This document shows positions 1-10,362 of a stretch of DNA of 64,000 nt, piece after piece. Every line of letters begins with the position of its first letter. Within the stretch, counting starts at the first letter, position 1. Origin of the DNA: Trueperaceae bacterium. Its GTDB lineage: Bacteria > Deinococcota > Deinococci > Deinococcales > Trueperaceae. The translations under genes and the position numbers were made by a program. The stretch is from positions 3,264,001 through 3,328,000 of the forward strand of contig CBDCDZ010000004.1 of NCBI GenBank assembly GCA_965215565.1, read 5' to 3'. Below the pieces are notes generated by a model. That model saw nothing but the letters and a program-made list of their open reading frames with translations, made no database searches and was not told where the DNA came from.

Positions 1-293
1 CAGGGCGGAGCGCGGATTTGGCGAGCTACCGCGAGGGCGTCGCGGAACTGTTCAAAGCCTTTCCCGACTTCGCCACCGTGACCGAAGATATTTTAGTTGA
101 TGTACAAACATGTAAAACAGCCATTCGTTGGCGTGCAAGCGGCACGCATGAAGGTACGTTCATGGGTGCAGAGCCAACGCAAAAACGTATCACCTTTTCA
201 GGTATCGAGATTTTACAGTTTGAAGCGGAGTGCATTGTGGCGCGCTGGGGTGAGTGGGATGGGCTCGAGATTTTAGCCCAACTGAAAGGATAA
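1..293 (+). CDS. SnoaL-like ester cyclase / polyketide cyclase family protein (5' end probably outside window)
   Basis: ORF with AFPD...RWRASGTHEGTFMGAEPTQKRITFSGIEI...W.EWD pattern typical of ester cyclases; frame is open to the window edge. Confidence 0.75.
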   Translation, partial: GRSADLASYREGVAELFKAFPDFATVTEDILVDVQTCKTAIRWRASGTHEGTFMGAEPTQKRITFSGIEILQFEAECIVARWGEWDGLEILAQLKG

Positions 294-295
294 AA

Positions 296-1246
296 ATGAA
301 AGCGATGGTTCTAACCGAGTTCGGCAGCACCGAAAACTTCGAACTGCAGGAGAGGGATAAGCCCACGCCGGGTGCACAGCAAGTCGTCGTCAAAGTTCAC
401 GCGACGTCGGTCAACTTAGCTGACACGGGCGTGCGCTCTGGCGCGTTTGGACCTATGATAAAGACGCCGACGCTGCTGGGCTACGACGTGTCGGGCGTCA
501 TCGAAGCGGTGGGCGAGGGTGTCGAAAACTGGCAGGTGGGCGATGAGGTCTACTACGCGGTAGAACTCATGGGCGGCGTGGGCGCGAACGCCGAGTACAA
601 CCTCACGCACATCTCTAAGCTCGCCCAGAAACCTAAAAATCTCTCGCACGCTGAAGCGGCGGCGGTGCCCGTGGCGGGCGGCACGGCGTACGCGGCGCTC
701 GTCACGAGCGCGGACCTGCGCCTCGGACAGAGCGTCCTCATCCACGGCGCGGCGGGCGGCGTCGGGCACTTCGCGGTGCAACTTGCGAAGGCAGCGGGCG
801 CGTACGTCTTCGCAAGTTGCGGCGCTTACGACGCTGACTTTGTCCGCTCACTCGGCGCAGATAGGGTCATAGACTACCGCGAAGAGGATTTCGTGAAGAC
901 TGTGAACGCCGAAACGGACGGCGCGGGCGTGGGCGTGGTGCTGGACGCGGCGGGCGGACAAGTCGCTAAGAGTATCGGGGCGACGGCGCTGAACGGACAG
1001 ATCGTCACGGTGACGGGCGCACAAGGCGATCTCAACCCGGCGATGCGCAAAAACGTCACGGTGCGTTTCGTCCATTTGGAGGACGCGGCAGAGAAACTAG
1101 CGGCGATGCGTGTACTTTTCGAGCGCGGACAGCTCAGAGCCGAAGTCGGCGCGACGTTTCCTCTGGAGGAACTCGCCGGAGTGCACGACCTCTTAGAGCG
1201 CGGCGGCGACGCGGTGCGCGGCAAGGTTGTCGTCGAGGTTACGTAA
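296..1246 (+). CDS. NADPH:quinone oxidoreductase / MDR family oxidoreductase
   Basis: MKAMVL..FG start after AAAGGA; LGYDVSGV, VLIHGAAGGVG nucleotide-binding motif, GKVVV C-terminus. Confidence 0.9.
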   Translation: MKAMVLTEFGSTENFELQERDKPTPGAQQVVVKVHATSVNLADTGVRSGAFGPMIKTPTLLGYDVSGVIEAVGEGVENWQVGDEVYYAVELMGGVGANAEYNLTHISKLAQKPKNLSHAEAAAVPVAGGTAYAALVTSADLRLGQSVLIHGAAGGVGHFAVQLAKAAGAYVFASCGAYDADFVRSLGADRVIDYREEDFVKTVNAETDGAGVGVVLDAAGGQVAKSIGATALNGQIVTVTGAQGDLNPAMRKNVTVRFVHLEDAAEKLAAMRVLFERGQLRAEVGATFPLEELAGVHDLLERGGDAVRGKVVVEVT

Positions 1247-1290
1247 ACGCGCTCCAAAACGCTGCACAGTTGACTACAAGGAGAATCATC

Positions 1291-1722
1291 ATGGCATCAT
1301 CCGCTTCAACCCAGACCAGTGGCGTCCGTTACCGCCACCTCGCTCGGCTCGCACTCCTAGCAGCCGTCGCCGCGGCGATAACCAACGCAGTTCTCTTCTA
1401 CATCTTTAGACCGCTCGGCGCGTGGCCCCAAGATATTTTAGTGGCGGGGAACAACCCGATGACGGTGGTACCTATCATCCTCTTCTCGTGCGTGGGCGTC
1501 CTTGGCGCGGCGGTGGCGCTCGGGCTGCTCGCGCGGTTTACCGAACACTCTGAACGCAACTTCTACATCGTTGCGGCGCTCGTCTTCATCGGTTTTTTCT
1601 TCACGCCTTTCACCATTCCCAACGCGCCCACCATCATGGTTATCGCGCTAGAGATCGTTCACGTGCCGCCCGCCCTCGCCTCCATTATCGTCTTGCCCAA
1701 AGCGCTGGAAGGAAACGCATGA
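1291..1722 (+). CDS. four-TM membrane protein (DUF6069-like)
   Basis: AAGGAG RBS; four hydrophobic segments; stop overlaps the next gene's start (ATGA). Confidence 0.6.
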   Translation: MASSASTQTSGVRYRHLARLALLAAVAAAITNAVLFYIFRPLGAWPQDILVAGNNPMTVVPIILFSCVGVLGAAVALGLLARFTEHSERNFYIVAALVFIGFFFTPFTIPNAPTIMVIALEIVHVPPALASIIVLPKALEGNA

Positions 1723-2069
1723 GCCGCATCACGGTTGCGCCGTCCGACAAAGAGATCGAGGTCCGCTTCGCGGGTGAGGTCATCGCGTCTTCGGCGAACG
1801 CATTGGCGCTTAAAGAGGGTGACTACCCCGCCGTTTACTACCTGCCACCTCATGATGTCAACGGGGCGTATCTGAGCCAAACGGACCACCAAACGCACTG
1901 CCCTTGGAAGGGCGACGCGGCGTACTGGAGCGTCGAAGTGAACGGCGATAGGGCGGAGAACGCTGTGTGGGCGTACCCTGAGCCGAAAGAGGACGTCAAA
2001 GAGATCGAGGGGTACATGGCGTTTTATCCGAGCAAGCTCGAGGTGAAAGTGGACGGCAAAATCCTTTAA
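1719..2069 (+). CDS. DUF427 domain protein
   Basis: VYYLPP.DV, THCPWKGDAAYW, NAVWAYPEP motifs. Confidence 0.9.
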   Translation: MSRITVAPSDKEIEVRFAGEVIASSANALALKEGDYPAVYYLPPHDVNGAYLSQTDHQTHCPWKGDAAYWSVEVNGDRAENAVWAYPEPKEDVKEIEGYMAFYPSKLEVKVDGKIL

Positions 2070-2107
2070 CGGTAGTGGCTCTATCTGGTAAGGACAGGGG
2101 TGTCAAG

Positions 2108-2175
2108 GCAAGGGGTTGAAACCCCTTGTTCATCGTGTGGAGACGGTAGAAGAAGCGCGCGGCGGCATTCGACTC
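2108..2175. repeat. REP-like 68-bp element, copy A
   Basis: Hairpin CAAGGGGTTGAAACCCCTTG plus tail; its reverse complement aligns with 32432-32499. Confidence 0.8.
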
Positions 2176-2177
2176 GT

Positions 2178-2336
2178 TATAGCAAGTATCATTTGGTTTG
2201 AGCCAATCTGAGAAGAGAAAACACGCTTTCCTTCGGAAAACTTCGTAACTAGCACGCACATTCGAGAATGAAATCCCGCTAGTTCTTCGAACTGAGACTT
2301 GTGTGATTAAGCTCAGTGTTTGGGTGAATTGCTGTA
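2178..2336. repeat. MITE-like dispersed repeat, copy A
   Basis: TATAGCAAGTATCATTTG.TTTGAGCCA.TCT...AGCACGCACATTC...GTGAATTGCT shared with 40951-41062; ends TATAGCAA/TTGCTGTA. Confidence 0.65.
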
Positions 2337-2740
2337 CCTTTTGAATCTTTTCTGCTCTCACGCAACCCCGTATGAGACGCTGACAAGCCAAAACCACCTC
2401 AACGCCCGCCTGTCTATACGGCATACGGGTCTACGCAGCACATAAGCAGCACTGTTAAATATCTCCCTTTTCGCATTTTCTTACCGTTACGCCTTCTAAA
2501 GAGGTTTAGACTGAAGGATGAACGGATTTATATTTCCAATACTGCAACCTTTCTATACTGAGACGAATGACCGCAGTGACCATCCCACAACATATGAGCT
2601 AAGCAATGTTCTACAAAGAGTGAGCGCTGCTTCGCCTAGCGACAGCGTGCCACGCGACAGTAACTTCGTTCACCGTAACCAGATAATATCTGCTTTTCCA
2701 TGTAAGCCACCTTCCAGCTTATGTCGCCGAGCGTAGTAAA

Positions 2741-2761
2741 CTTGATACATGCACGCTCATA
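2741..2761 (+). promoter_or_regulatory. possible degenerate HAIR (HspR) operator upstream of lon
   Basis: CTTGATA-N7-GCTCATA versus consensus CTTGAGT-N7-ACTCAAG, about 50 nt before lon. Confidence 0.35.
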
Positions 2762-2810
2762 TTTCCGTAGCAACCTCAGAAGTTAAACCTCTCGCTCAGA
2801 GGAGAATGAT

Positions 2811-5255
2811 ATGGCAGAGATAACCAACGACGAACTCTTCGACGCGGCGATTCCCGTTTGCCCGGTGCGCGGCTCGGTCCTTTACCCCACGATGGTCATG
2901 CCGATCGACGCGGGGCGCGGTGTCTCGATTCGGGCGATTAACGCGGCCTTAGACCGCAACCGCACTATCTTGATTGTGAGCCAGAAGGACCGCGAAGTGG
3001 AGGAGCCCACGGGTGACGACCTCTTCGAAGTCGGCACGGTGTGTAACATCTTGCGGATGAAGAAGAACCCGAACGGCAGCATCCAGATGCTCGTGCAGGC
3101 GTTTGCGCGGGTGCACATCGACGCCTATCACTCGGGCGAAATCATCGAAGCAGACGTGTCGCCTTTTGAAGTGCCGACGGGCAATGAGGTCACGCTCGAG
3201 GCTGCCTTCCGCGAACTCAAAGAGAAGTTCTCGGACGTCATCGAGTCCGGGCGCAACATCCAACCCGAAGTCGCGCAGTTCGTGATGAACTTGGACGACG
3301 CGGGGCAGTTCGCGGATTACGTGGCGTATCATCTAGACTTTCGCTTGGAGGACAAGCAAGAGGTCTTGGAGTCCGACTCCGTCGAGGAGCGCGTCCGCAA
3401 GGTCTTGGTCTTGATTGACACCGAAATCGAACTCGCCGAAACCCAGCGCCGCGTTCAGCGTGAGGTCAAGGACGAGATCGACCGCAACCAACGCGAGTAC
3501 TTCTTGCGCGAGCAGATTAAAGCCTTGCAGCGCGAGCTGTCCGGCTCCGAAGAGGGCGACGACGAAGTTGAGAACTTCCGCGTCAAGTTAGACGAGCTGA
3601 ACTTGGACGAAGAGGTCATGAAAGAGGCCGAGCGCGAACTGAACCGTTTGGCCCGGATGCACCCCGACTCGGCGGAAGCCTCGGTCATTCGCACCTACCT
3701 CACAACGATTACCGAACTCCCCTGGAACGAGCGTAGCGAAGACCGCCTCAAGTTGGATAAAGCGATCGACATCCTAGACGAAGACCACTACGGCTTGGAG
3801 AAGATCAAAGACCGCGTCATCGAATACCTCGCCGTGCGCAAGCTCAAAGCGGACCGCGCCGCGAAAGGGGAACTCGAAGAGGGCGAAGTCAACCGTGGGC
3901 CCATTCTCCTGTTCGTCGGACCGCCTGGCGTCGGTAAAACCTCGATTGCCAAGTCCATCGCCAAAGCGTTAGGGCGCGAATACGTGCGCATCTCACTGGG
4001 CGGCGCACGCGACGAGTCCGACATCCGCGGACACCGCCGCACCTATATCGGCTCCATGCCGGGGCGCATTATTCAGGGCATCCGTCAAGCCGGGACGAAA
4101 AACCCCGTCTTTCTCTTGGACGAAATCGACAAGCTCGGAATGAGCTATCAGGGGGACCCGTCCTCCGCACTCTTGGAGGTCCTAGACCCCGCTCAAAACA
4201 GCACCTTTGTGGACCACTACTTAGGCGTCCCTTTTGACCTCTCCGAAGTCTTGTTCATCGCCACCGCAAACTATGGGCAGCAGATTCCCGAAGCGTTGAT
4301 GGATCGGATGGAAACATTAGAGTTCTCCTCCTACATCGAGCCGGAAAAGGTCGAAATCGCCAAGCGCTACCTCTTGCCGCGCCAGGTCAGGGAGAACGGG
4401 CTCAAAGAGAAGCAGCTCATCATCTCGGACGGCGCACTCACCAAGCTCGTGACCTCTTATACGCGCGAGGCGGGCGTCCGCAACTTGGAGCGCACTATCG
4501 GCACCTTGGCTCGCAAGTCGGCGCGGCGCATCGCCGAGGGCGACAAGAAGCGCATACGCATCGGTGAGCGTTCCTTGGAGCAGTTCTTGGGACCGGAGCG
4601 TTTCACACCCGAGAGCGAAGCCGAAGACAACCTCGTTGGTGTGGCGACAGGCATGTACTACACGCCCGTCGGCGGCGACATCCTCTTCGTCGAAACGTCA
4701 GTCACGCCCGGCAAAGGCGGCTTAGTCTTGACGGGGCAGCTCGGCGACGTGATGAAGGAGTCGGCGCGCGCGGCTTTAACCTACGCGAAGAACAATGCGG
4801 AGCGCTTCGGCATCGCTCAAGACGTGCTCGACAACCACGAACTGCACATCCACGTGCCCGCAGGCGCGACGCCTAAAGAGGGGCCGAGTGCCGGGGTTGC
4901 CATCGCTACCTCGCTCATTAGCGCCTTGACGGGCGTGCCGGTGCGCAAAGACGTCGCCTCGACGGGTGAGATTACTCTACGCGGACGGGTGCTCCCTATC
5001 GGCGGGCTCAAGGAGAAAATCTTGGGGGCTAAGCGTGCGGGCATCAAGCACATTGTCTTCCCTGAGAAGAACCTCTCGGACTTAAACGACATCCCGAGCC
5101 ACCTGCGCCGCAGCTTGGAGTTCCACGAGGTGGACGACTTAGACAAAGCGTTAGAGGTCTTTATGGTCGGTGGGTTGGAGGCGCTCGAGTCTCGCAAGAA
5201 GCCCAAGAAGAGCCGCAAGCGTAAGGACCCGGAAGCGCCAGCGGCGCAAGCGTAA
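2811..5255 (+). CDS. lon: ATP-dependent protease La
   Basis: Lon N-domain, GPPGVGKT Walker [25 protein letters not shown] catalytic Ser, IGGLKEK; AGGAG RBS. Confidence 0.98.
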   Translation: MAEITNDELFDAAIPVCPVRGSVLYPTMVMPIDAGRGVSIRAINAALDRNRTILIVSQKDREVEEPTGDDLFEVGTVCNILRMKKNPNGSIQMLVQAFARVHIDAYHSGEIIEADVSPFEVPTGNEVTLEAAFRELKEKFSDVIESGRNIQPEVAQFVMNLDDAGQFADYVAYHLDFRLEDKQEVLESDSVEERVRKVLVLIDTEIELAETQRRVQREVKDEIDRNQREYFLREQIKALQRELSGSEEGDDEVENFRVKLDELNLDEEVMKEAERELNRLARMHPDSAEASVIRTYLTTITELPWNERSEDRLKLDKAIDILDEDHYGLEKIKDRVIEYLAVRKLKADRAAKGELEEGEVNRGPILLFVGPPGVGKTSIAKSIAKALGREYVRISLGGARDESDIRGHRRTYIGSMPGRIIQGIRQAGTKNPVFLLDEIDKLGMSYQGDPSSALLEVLDPAQNSTFVDHYLGVPFDLSEVLFIATANYGQQIPEALMDRMETLEFSSYIEPEKVEIAKRYLLPRQVRENGLKEKQLIISDGALTKLVTSYTREAGVRNLERTIGTLARKSARRIAEGDKKRIRIGERSLEQFLGPERFTPESEAEDNLVGVATGMYYTPVGGDILFVETSVTPGKGGLVLTGQLGDVMKESARAALTYAKNNAERFGIAQDVLDNHELHIHVPAGATPKEGPSAGVAIATSLISALTGVPVRKDVASTGEITLRGRVLPIGGLKEKILGAKRAGIKHIVFPEKNLSDLNDIPSHLRRSLEFHEVDDLDKALEVFMVGGLEALESRKKPKKSRKRKDPEAPAAQA

Positions 5256-5275
5256 CTGAAATAGATAAACCGTAG

Positions 5276-5313
5276 AGAGGGCTGAGTTTCGACTCAGCTC
5301 TCTTCTTTTGTTT
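5276..5313 (+). terminator. intrinsic terminator of lon
   Basis: GCTGAGT-TTCG-ACTCAGC hairpin followed by TCTCTTCTTTTGTTT. Confidence 0.8.
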
Positions 5314-5339
5314 TGCTGCGATTGGCATATACTGACGCT

Positions 5340-5573
5340 ATGAAGCACATAACGATTGACTTAGACCCCGAGTTAGAGATTATGCTCAAGCTCGAGGCGA
5401 TGCGACAGCAAAAGCCGGTGACTGAAGTCATTCGTGAGACACTTAAAGAGAAATTTGTGAATAAGCCTCGTCCGCAATCTAAATACATCGGTGCATTCGA
5501 CAGTGGACGCTCAGATACCGCTGAAAGGCATGAAGAACTCTTAGGGGAATGGGGCTTTGGTGAGGACGGTTGA
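5340..5573 (+). CDS. ribbon-helix-helix (CopG/VapB-like) antitoxin
   Basis: MKHITIDLDPEL...EVIRETL RHH pattern and SGRSDTAERHEELL...GFG tail; leaderless TATACT-N6-ATG. Confidence 0.7.
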   Translation: MKHITIDLDPELEIMLKLEAMRQQKPVTEVIRETLKEKFVNKPRPQSKYIGAFDSGRSDTAERHEELLGEWGFGEDG

Positions 5574-5639
5574 TTCATCATAAACCGGAAACATTTTAGC
5601 GCGGTGGCGCAAGAGGTGAGGCTCGAGCTGCTTCCCTAA
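5570..5639 (+). pseudogene. deleted PIN/VapC toxin remnant
   Basis: TTG-ATT overlaps the antitoxin stop; downstream frame reads INRKHFSAVAQEVRLELLP*, resembling VapC C-termini. Confidence 0.55.
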
Positions 5640-5673
5640 GCGTAACCTCTTTTCAGAGCGGAATAACGCGCCG

Positions 5674-7152
5674 TCACGGTTTTACCGAGCGCGTCGCTAT
5701 ACTTAGAGGTGTTCTTACGCTACCCCAAAGCAGCGCAAGCACACCCGCCACAGTGAAAACATAGCCGACATCGGGCGTGCTGAGGCGTATAGAAGACATT
5801 GGCGCGTCAAATACTCGAGGAAGGCCGAAGAGAAACCCTGCGCCAAGCGCGATAAAAGCTGCGCTCAGAAAGGCGCTCCGAAGAGGTCTGAAGCGCTCCT
5901 TATGTCTCGCACGGCTCACGAGGAAGCTCAGCAGATCAGCGAGAACGATGAGCGAGCAGAGGATGACGCCCCAAAACGCCGCGAGGGACGCTGAGAAGCC
6001 TGTCGGCTGAACCTCTTGCGCCAGGAGCATCCGAAAGGCGTTCTTGGCAATCTCCCAGCGCCGCTCATTCGCGAGATAGCTTTCAGCGTTCGTGAGCATG
6101 ACTAAACCCAAATCACGTTCGGGCGCAATCATCATATTGGCGTGGTAGCCCGTAAAAGAACCGTAGTGGTTGAGTACCCGCTCGCCTTCCCAACGTTCAT
6201 CAAACCAACCCATCGCGTAAAAGTCATCGTAGGGCGTCGGCGCTGTGCCTCGGTGAAGCGTCGCTACACCCGCTTCGCTCAGAACGCGCTGACCGTCATA
6301 AACACCGCCATTTACATGAGCGATAAGGTAGCGTCCCATATCTTCGATACTCGAGCTGAGCAAATAAGAGGGTAAATCGCTCCGCCCAAAAGGAAGGTTA
6401 GGACTTGCCACCGCGCGACCAAAGATGTAGCGGTGACCTACCGCGAGTCCGTTTTTCCTAGCCTCACCTATGGAGGCGTAACTATCATTCATCTGAAGAG
6501 GTTCGAAGATGCTGCGCGTAATGTAGCTTTCGTAGGATTGGCCTGTGACGGCCTCGATAACCGCACCCGCGATGACATAGTTGACGTTTGAATACGCGAA
6601 CTGCTCACCGGGAGGTGAGGACAAGCTGACGGAGAGAGCTTCGACGCGCTTACGGACAGCGTCAGATGAGCGGTCTTGGCTACCCTCATAACCCAAACCG
6701 TCCCACCACGTAATGCCTGTGGTGTGGTTAAGCGTATGTCGAACGGTGATGTCGTCTGCTCGAGGATCGTCAAGCGTGAAGTAAGGAAGATAGGTTTTAA
6801 CAGGGGTGTCTAAGTTCACCTCACCACGTTCCACAAGCTGCATCACGGCGAGCGCGGTGAACGATTTCGTAAGTGATCCTATAACGAAAGGCGTGTCTGG
6901 CGTTACGGCGTTCCCTCGAGCGTCTGCCACGCCGTACGTCTCTAAGAGCGCAACGTCGTCGCCTCGAACTACGACAAGGGCAGCACCGGGCATGCCTGTA
7001 GCAGCAAGTTCGTCTTCGACGTACTGACTCACCTCTTGCAAACTGTTAGCTTGAGCCAAGCTGTAGAGAAGAGCGAGCGCAAGGATAAAGAGCAGGTTGA
7101 AAAATCTAATTCGTTTATGCGTTTGTTGGCTGAAGCTGCGTGGCTGACTCAT
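5674..7152 (-). CDS. membrane-anchored serine hydrolase (class C beta-lactamase / PBP family)
   Basis: IGSLTKSFTA (SxxK), YSNVNY (YxN), HYG; N-terminal hydrophobic segment and C-terminal TM helices. Confidence 0.9.
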   Translation of the reverse strand: MSQPRSFSQQTHKRIRFFNLLFILALALLYSLAQANSLQEVSQYVEDELAATGMPGAALVVVRGDDVALLETYGVADARGNAVTPDTPFVIGSLTKSFTALAVMQLVERGEVNLDTPVKTYLPYFTLDDPRADDITVRHTLNHTTGITWWDGLGYEGSQDRSSDAVRKRVEALSVSLSSPPGEQFAYSNVNYVIAGAVIEAVTGQSYESYITRSIFEPLQMNDSYASIGEARKNGLAVGHRYIFGRAVASPNLPFGRSDLPSYLLSSSIEDMGRYLIAHVNGGVYDGQRVLSEAGVATLHRGTAPTPYDDFYAMGWFDERWEGERVLNHYGSFTGYHANMMIAPERDLGLVMLTNAESYLANERRWEIAKNAFRMLLAQEVQPTGFSASLAAFWGVILCSLIVLADLLSFLVSRARHKERFRPLRSAFLSAAFIALGAGFLFGLPRVFDAPMSSIRLSTPDVGYVFTVAGVLALLWGSVRTPLSIATRSVKP

Positions 7153-7228
7153 GAAAACTCACCTCAGACTCCAAAATACTCAGAGAAAGGAGGCGGATAC
7201 ATCCACAAAAAGGTGGAGACGCTACGAC

Positions 7229-7717
7229 TTATTCTTCAGCGTTAAATTCTTCACTCACCTCGAGCACCCGCTTCACCACATCCCCCGGATACCCCCGCCG
7301 CGCCAGGTACGCATACGCCTTGCTACGCCGCTCAAATGGCTCCCCCTTCCAGCGCCACGCCTGCTTCTCCACCAATGTCAGCGCCGCTTGCACCTGCTCC
7401 TCTTCGCCTAGTTCTTCGATAGCGGGCGCGATGAGCTTACCTGGTACACCCTTCTGATATAGCTCCTGCTTGAGCGCCAACGGCCCCTTTTTGCGTTTGC
7501 GGGCGCGGATGTAGTTCTCAGCGTACAAAGCGTCATCGACGAAGTAGAGGCGCTCGAGCTTCTCCAGCACCCGCTCAATGGTTTCGGGGCTAGCCTCTTT
7601 GCGCTCCAACTTCTTGGCGAGTTGCGCCTTAGTATACGACTGCCGCCCTAAGAGCCACAGCACATAGTTCCAAGCGCGTTCATACGTATAAGGTCCGCTT
7701 TTCGTCCGTCCTGCCAT
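7229..7717 (-). CDS. recX: RecA regulator RecX
   Basis: L..KL.RK, VDDALYAENYIR, KGP..LKQELYQKGV, YLARRGY repeats. Confidence 0.9.
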   Translation of the reverse strand: MAGRTKSGPYTYERAWNYVLWLLGRQSYTKAQLAKKLERKEASPETIERVLEKLERLYFVDDALYAENYIRARKRKKGPLALKQELYQKGVPGKLIAPAIEELGEEEQVQAALTLVEKQAWRWKGEPFERRSKAYAYLARRGYPGDVVKRVLEVSEEFNAEE

Positions 7718-8976
7718 CAGCCAAAGAGCCGCCCGGCGATGCTAAAGCCTGCGAGGTACGTGCCCGCCGCCGAGCCGAGCGTCGCGAGGAAGAAGACGAG
7801 GAGCGTCCGCGCGACGCGGTTGCGCCACCAGCCGCGCCACTCGGTCACGTCTTGGCGGAGCGTATTGAAGTCGCCCATCTTGGGTTTACGTGCCCACAGT
7901 TCGATGCCCGCCGCCACAAAGCCCGCGCCGATGAGCGGGTTGAGCGAGGTCAAGGGTGCAGCGAAGAACGCACCGATAATGGTCAGCGGGTGCGCTGTCG
8001 CGATAATCGCGCCGAGCGCCGTGAGGCTGCCGTTGATGAGCACCCAATCCGTGACGAGTTGGAGACCAAGCTCGGGGCTGCGCGAGAAGCCGATGATAAA
8101 CCCCGTAATGATAAGTGCAACGATGAGCCAGGGAAAGATGCGGAGCCAGGGCGTACCTTTGGGGAGGGTCTCGAGCTTGCGCCTCACCTCTTCTGGCGAC
8201 GCGCCACTCGGCGCTTCCAGGTTCTGCGCCAACCCCTTGAGATGTCCTGCGCCGATGACGACGAGCACCTCTTTGTAAGGCTTAGCGTTCGTCTCTTCAC
8301 GCAGCCGCACGGCCATGTACTCGTCACGCTCAGCGATGAGCGGTACGTAGAGTTCTTGCGAGGACTCCGCAAACTCGTTAAACGTCGCCTCTAACATATC
8401 CCCCTCTTTAAGCTTCTCGATCTCCTCTTCGGTGACCTCTTCACGGCTCACCACGCTCGCCAAAAGTCCGCCGATGAGCGTCATGCGCTGCCACCAGGGG
8501 ACGTTGCTGTAGACGCGGCGCAAGGTGATACCGATGTCGCGGTCAATTAAGAGAACGGGCAACTCGGCGTCTTTCGCAACACGAATGGCGCGGCGCATCT
8601 CCTCGCCGGGTTGGATGCCCGACTGCTCCGCGATGCGCTGCTGAAAGGCTCCTAGTGCCAGCGACGCCGCCATCATGCTCGCTTTGCCCTGGCGGAAGAC
8701 TTCGAAGAGGTCCGTTTTCGCCCAGCGGTCTGGGTCGGTCAAGTTGGCATGGCGGTTCGGGTCGAGTTCGATGGCGACGGCGTCAAAGTCGCCTGTGTTG
8801 ATTAAGCGTTCCACCTCGTCGGCACTGGTTTTAGAGACGTGGGCGGTGCCCAAAATCGTGTAGCGGGTGTCGCCCTGTTGGGTGGTGCGAAGAGGTTGCT
8901 CGGGGACGCCTTTGGCACGTGCCTCTTGCGAAGAGTCTTGCTTGGTTAGCTCAGGCTGAGCTTGGGTGTCGGTCAT
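7717..8976 (-). CDS. TraB/PrgY/GumN family protein with C-terminal TM region
   Basis: LGTAHVS, AIELD..R, IDRDIGITLRR, LIAERD, VIGAGH; leaderless TACACT-N6-ATG at 8976. Confidence 0.9.
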   Translation of the reverse strand: MTDTQAQPELTKQDSSQEARAKGVPEQPLRTTQQGDTRYTILGTAHVSKTSADEVERLINTGDFDAVAIELDPNRHANLTDPDRWAKTDLFEVFRQGKASMMAASLALGAFQQRIAEQSGIQPGEEMRRAIRVAKDAELPVLLIDRDIGITLRRVYSNVPWWQRMTLIGGLLASVVSREEVTEEEIEKLKEGDMLEATFNEFAESSQELYVPLIAERDEYMAVRLREETNAKPYKEVLVVIGAGHLKGLAQNLEAPSGASPEEVRRKLETLPKGTPWLRIFPWLIVALIITGFIIGFSRSPELGLQLVTDWVLINGSLTALGAIIATAHPLTIIGAFFAAPLTSLNPLIGAGFVAAGIELWARKPKMGDFNTLRQDVTEWRGWWRNRVARTLLVFFLATLGSAAGTYLAGFSIAGRLFG

Positions 8977-9011
8977 CTTTAGAGTGTACCTAAAGTCGGT
9001 GAGGTCTCGAG

Positions 9012-9413
9012 TTAAGTAGCTTGAAGACGCCAAATTTCTATTTTCTCTTCGTGGTTTAGAACCGCAAGTACGGCGTTGTCTTCTCTTACAAAAACGACAT
9101 CATCCTGAGCGGGATACCAGAGGCTGTCCAAATCTTTGATGAAACTTCTCAGCTTAGCTTTTATTCCGAATTTACTGGAAGCCCAGAGCATATTAAACCT
9201 TTACCCACCGCCGAGGTTTAGCTCGAGAAAAACACTCTTCGTTTCATCCATGCTTTTATCTGAAACATCGGCCTCTTCATACTGGATAGTCGAATCAATA
9301 CTGACATAGTGAAACTTTTCCATGATTTCTTCAAATTCTTGTCGGCTCATGACATCGTATTGACGACGTGTCCAACCTAATTCATCAAGACGTTTTTGAA
9401 TCGCATTAGCCAC
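9012..9413 (-). pseudogene. AT-rich 133-codon ORF broken by one in-frame TAA (possible orphan immunity protein)
   Basis: Frame continues past TAA 9201-9203 as RFNMLWASSKFGIKAKLRSFIKDLDSLWYPAQDDVVFVREDNAVLAVLNHEEKIEIWRLQAT*. Confidence 0.55.
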
Positions 9414-9426
9414 CTAGTACCCTCTT

Positions 9427-10362
9427 TCACCTCTTAGACAGTGACGACAACTCGAGCGCCAAGCGCTCCAACGCCCAGCCTTCATCCCCGCCAGACTTCA
9501 TGGCGACATCTGCCTCGAGAATCGCCGAGAGCACCTCTTTAAGTTTTGGTTCGTCCAAGTCCTTCGCCAGCCCTAACGCCTTTTTCGCCACGAACGGCTT
9601 GACCTTCAAGGTTTGCATCACAAGCCCGTCATTCACCGCTGCCCGATCCTCCTTGAGCCCGACGCACCGCGCCACCAAATTGTACTGCCAAGTGAGCGCC
9701 CCCAATACGCGCGGCGGCGCTTCGCCCTGCGCCATAAGGCTCTGGCAGATAGCGAGCGCTTTGGCGGCTTCGCCCGCCGACGCCGCTTCGACGAGGTCGA
9801 AGGCGTCTCTCGCGGCGGGGCGGTTGACGATTTCTCGCACCCGTTCGCTATTCAAGGTTTCGTCCAAGACTTCCAACTTCTGAATCTCGGCGGCGATGCT
9901 CGGCAAGTCTTCCCCAAAGAGGTCGGCTAGGGTCTGCGGCACATCTTTGTCGAACTGCACATTTTCAGCGGTGAGTTCTTGGCGAACCCAGTGTGTCAGC
10001 GCGTTGAAGCGCGGCGTGGGGAGGTGCTCGTGCTGACCGAGGGCGTTGTAGGTTTTTTGCCGGGACGCACTCGCGTTGAGGTCGATCACGACGATGAGGC
10101 TGTCTTCGGGGACGTTCTCGAGTGCTTTCAAGACCTCATTGCGCGGCTTGACGCCTGCTTGTCCCTTGAAGGCGGCGTCGAAGTCTAAAAGGAGCGCAAC
10201 TTGACCGAACAAACCCGACTGCGCGGCGAGTTGGGCGACTTGGGGCGCGTCCATCCCTTCGCCGAGTTCGGTCACTTCGTCCAGTTTGAAGCCTCTTGAT
10301 TGGAGGGCGCGGCGGGCGGCCCTGGTAGCTAAAAATTCGTCACCGCTAAAGGAGAGAATCAC
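9427..10362 (-). CDS. holA: DNA polymerase III subunit delta
   Basis: FSGDEFL start, SGLFG, EIQKL, AFDLVEA, KVKPFVAKK, EADVAMKSG; about 310 aa as for Deinococcota HolA. Confidence 0.85.
   Translation of the reverse strand: MILSFSGDEFLATRAARRALQSRGFKLDEVTELGEGMDAPQVAQLAAQSGLFGQVALLLDFDAAFKGQAGVKPRNEVLKALENVPEDSLIVVIDLNASASRQKTYNALGQHEHLPTPRFNALTHWVRQELTAENVQFDKDVPQTLADLFGEDLPSIAAEIQKLEVLDETLNSERVREIVNRPAARDAFDLVEAASAGEAAKALAICQSLMAQGEAPPRVLGALTWQYNLVARCVGLKEDRAAVNDGLVMQTLKVKPFVAKKALGLAKDLDEPKLKEVLSAILEADVAMKSGGDEGWALERLALELSSLSKR

Noticed and set aside
1996..2736. ORFs 1996-2424(-) and 2518-2736(+)
   Set aside because: They cross repeat elements or intergenic DNA and lack protein-like composition
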